Positions 6,785 to 6,899 of a stretch of DNA of 6,899 bases are shown piece by piece. The DNA comes from a virus (lineage: Duplodnaviria; Heunggongvirae; Uroviricota; Caudoviricetes), in IMG/VR virus record IMGVR_UViG_2698536369_000004, positions 1 to 6,899 of that record; one strand, written 5' to 3'. Under the pieces are notes generated by a model that saw nothing but the letters and a program-made list of their open reading frames with translations, was not told the origin of the DNA and ran no database searches. How positions within the stretch are numbered: the stretch's first letter is position 1; each line of letters begins with the position of its first letter. The translations under genes and the position numbers were made by a program.

Positions 6785-6899
6785 TGAACCGCCCCGGGAA
6801 TCCTGGAGACTAAACTCCCTGAGAAAGAGGTAAACAGAATGACTAAAAATACTCGTTTTTCCCCCGAAGTCCGTCAGAGGGCGATTCGTATGGTTCTGG
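6785..6899 (+). mobile_element. Left end of an IS3-family insertion sequence (IS629/IS1203-like); continues beyond the window
   Basis: Terminal inverted repeat beginning TGAACCGCCCCGGG at 6785, typical of IS3-family ends (5'-TG). It is followed at the expected distance by an orfA start whose N-terminus MTKNTRFSPEVRQRAIRMVL matches IS629/IS1203 OrfA as recalled. Confidence 0.85.
6839..6899 (+). CDS. IS3-family transposase OrfA, N-terminal fragment (truncated by window end)
   Basis: ATG at 6839; translation MTKNTRFSPEVRQRAIRMVL... (HTH-containing OrfA of the IS629/IS1203 group). Confidence 0.85.
   Translation, partial: MTKNTRFSPEVRQRAIRMVL

Overview
This window is the early-left/early-right control and replication region of a mosaic lambdoid prophage, read by eye against lambda and P22 sequences recalled from memory (no searches were run). 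The immunity core is lambda-type: cI repressor on the minus strand, OR1-OR2-OR3 with PR and PRM, cro, and nutR boxA/boxB. Rightward it continues with a diverged cII, an O-type initiator carrying an internal iteron origin, a P22-gp12-like DnaB-family helicase, an intrinsic terminator, four small hypothetical ORFs (two predicted 2-TM micro-proteins), then ninB-ninE-(NinX-position ORF)-ninF. The window ends in the left end of an IS3-family (IS629/IS1203-like) element inserted 19 bp after ninF. The most interesting locus is left of cI, where lambda carries rexA-rexB: here a different two-gene minus-strand cassette (120 aa and 42 aa, no family I recognise) sits behind a 217-bp AT-rich spacer and ends at an intrinsic terminator, making it a candidate lysogen-expressed exclusion or defence module. 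The four-ORF accessory cluster between the helicase and ninB is a second candidate. No tRNA, rRNA or CRISPR array was seen.
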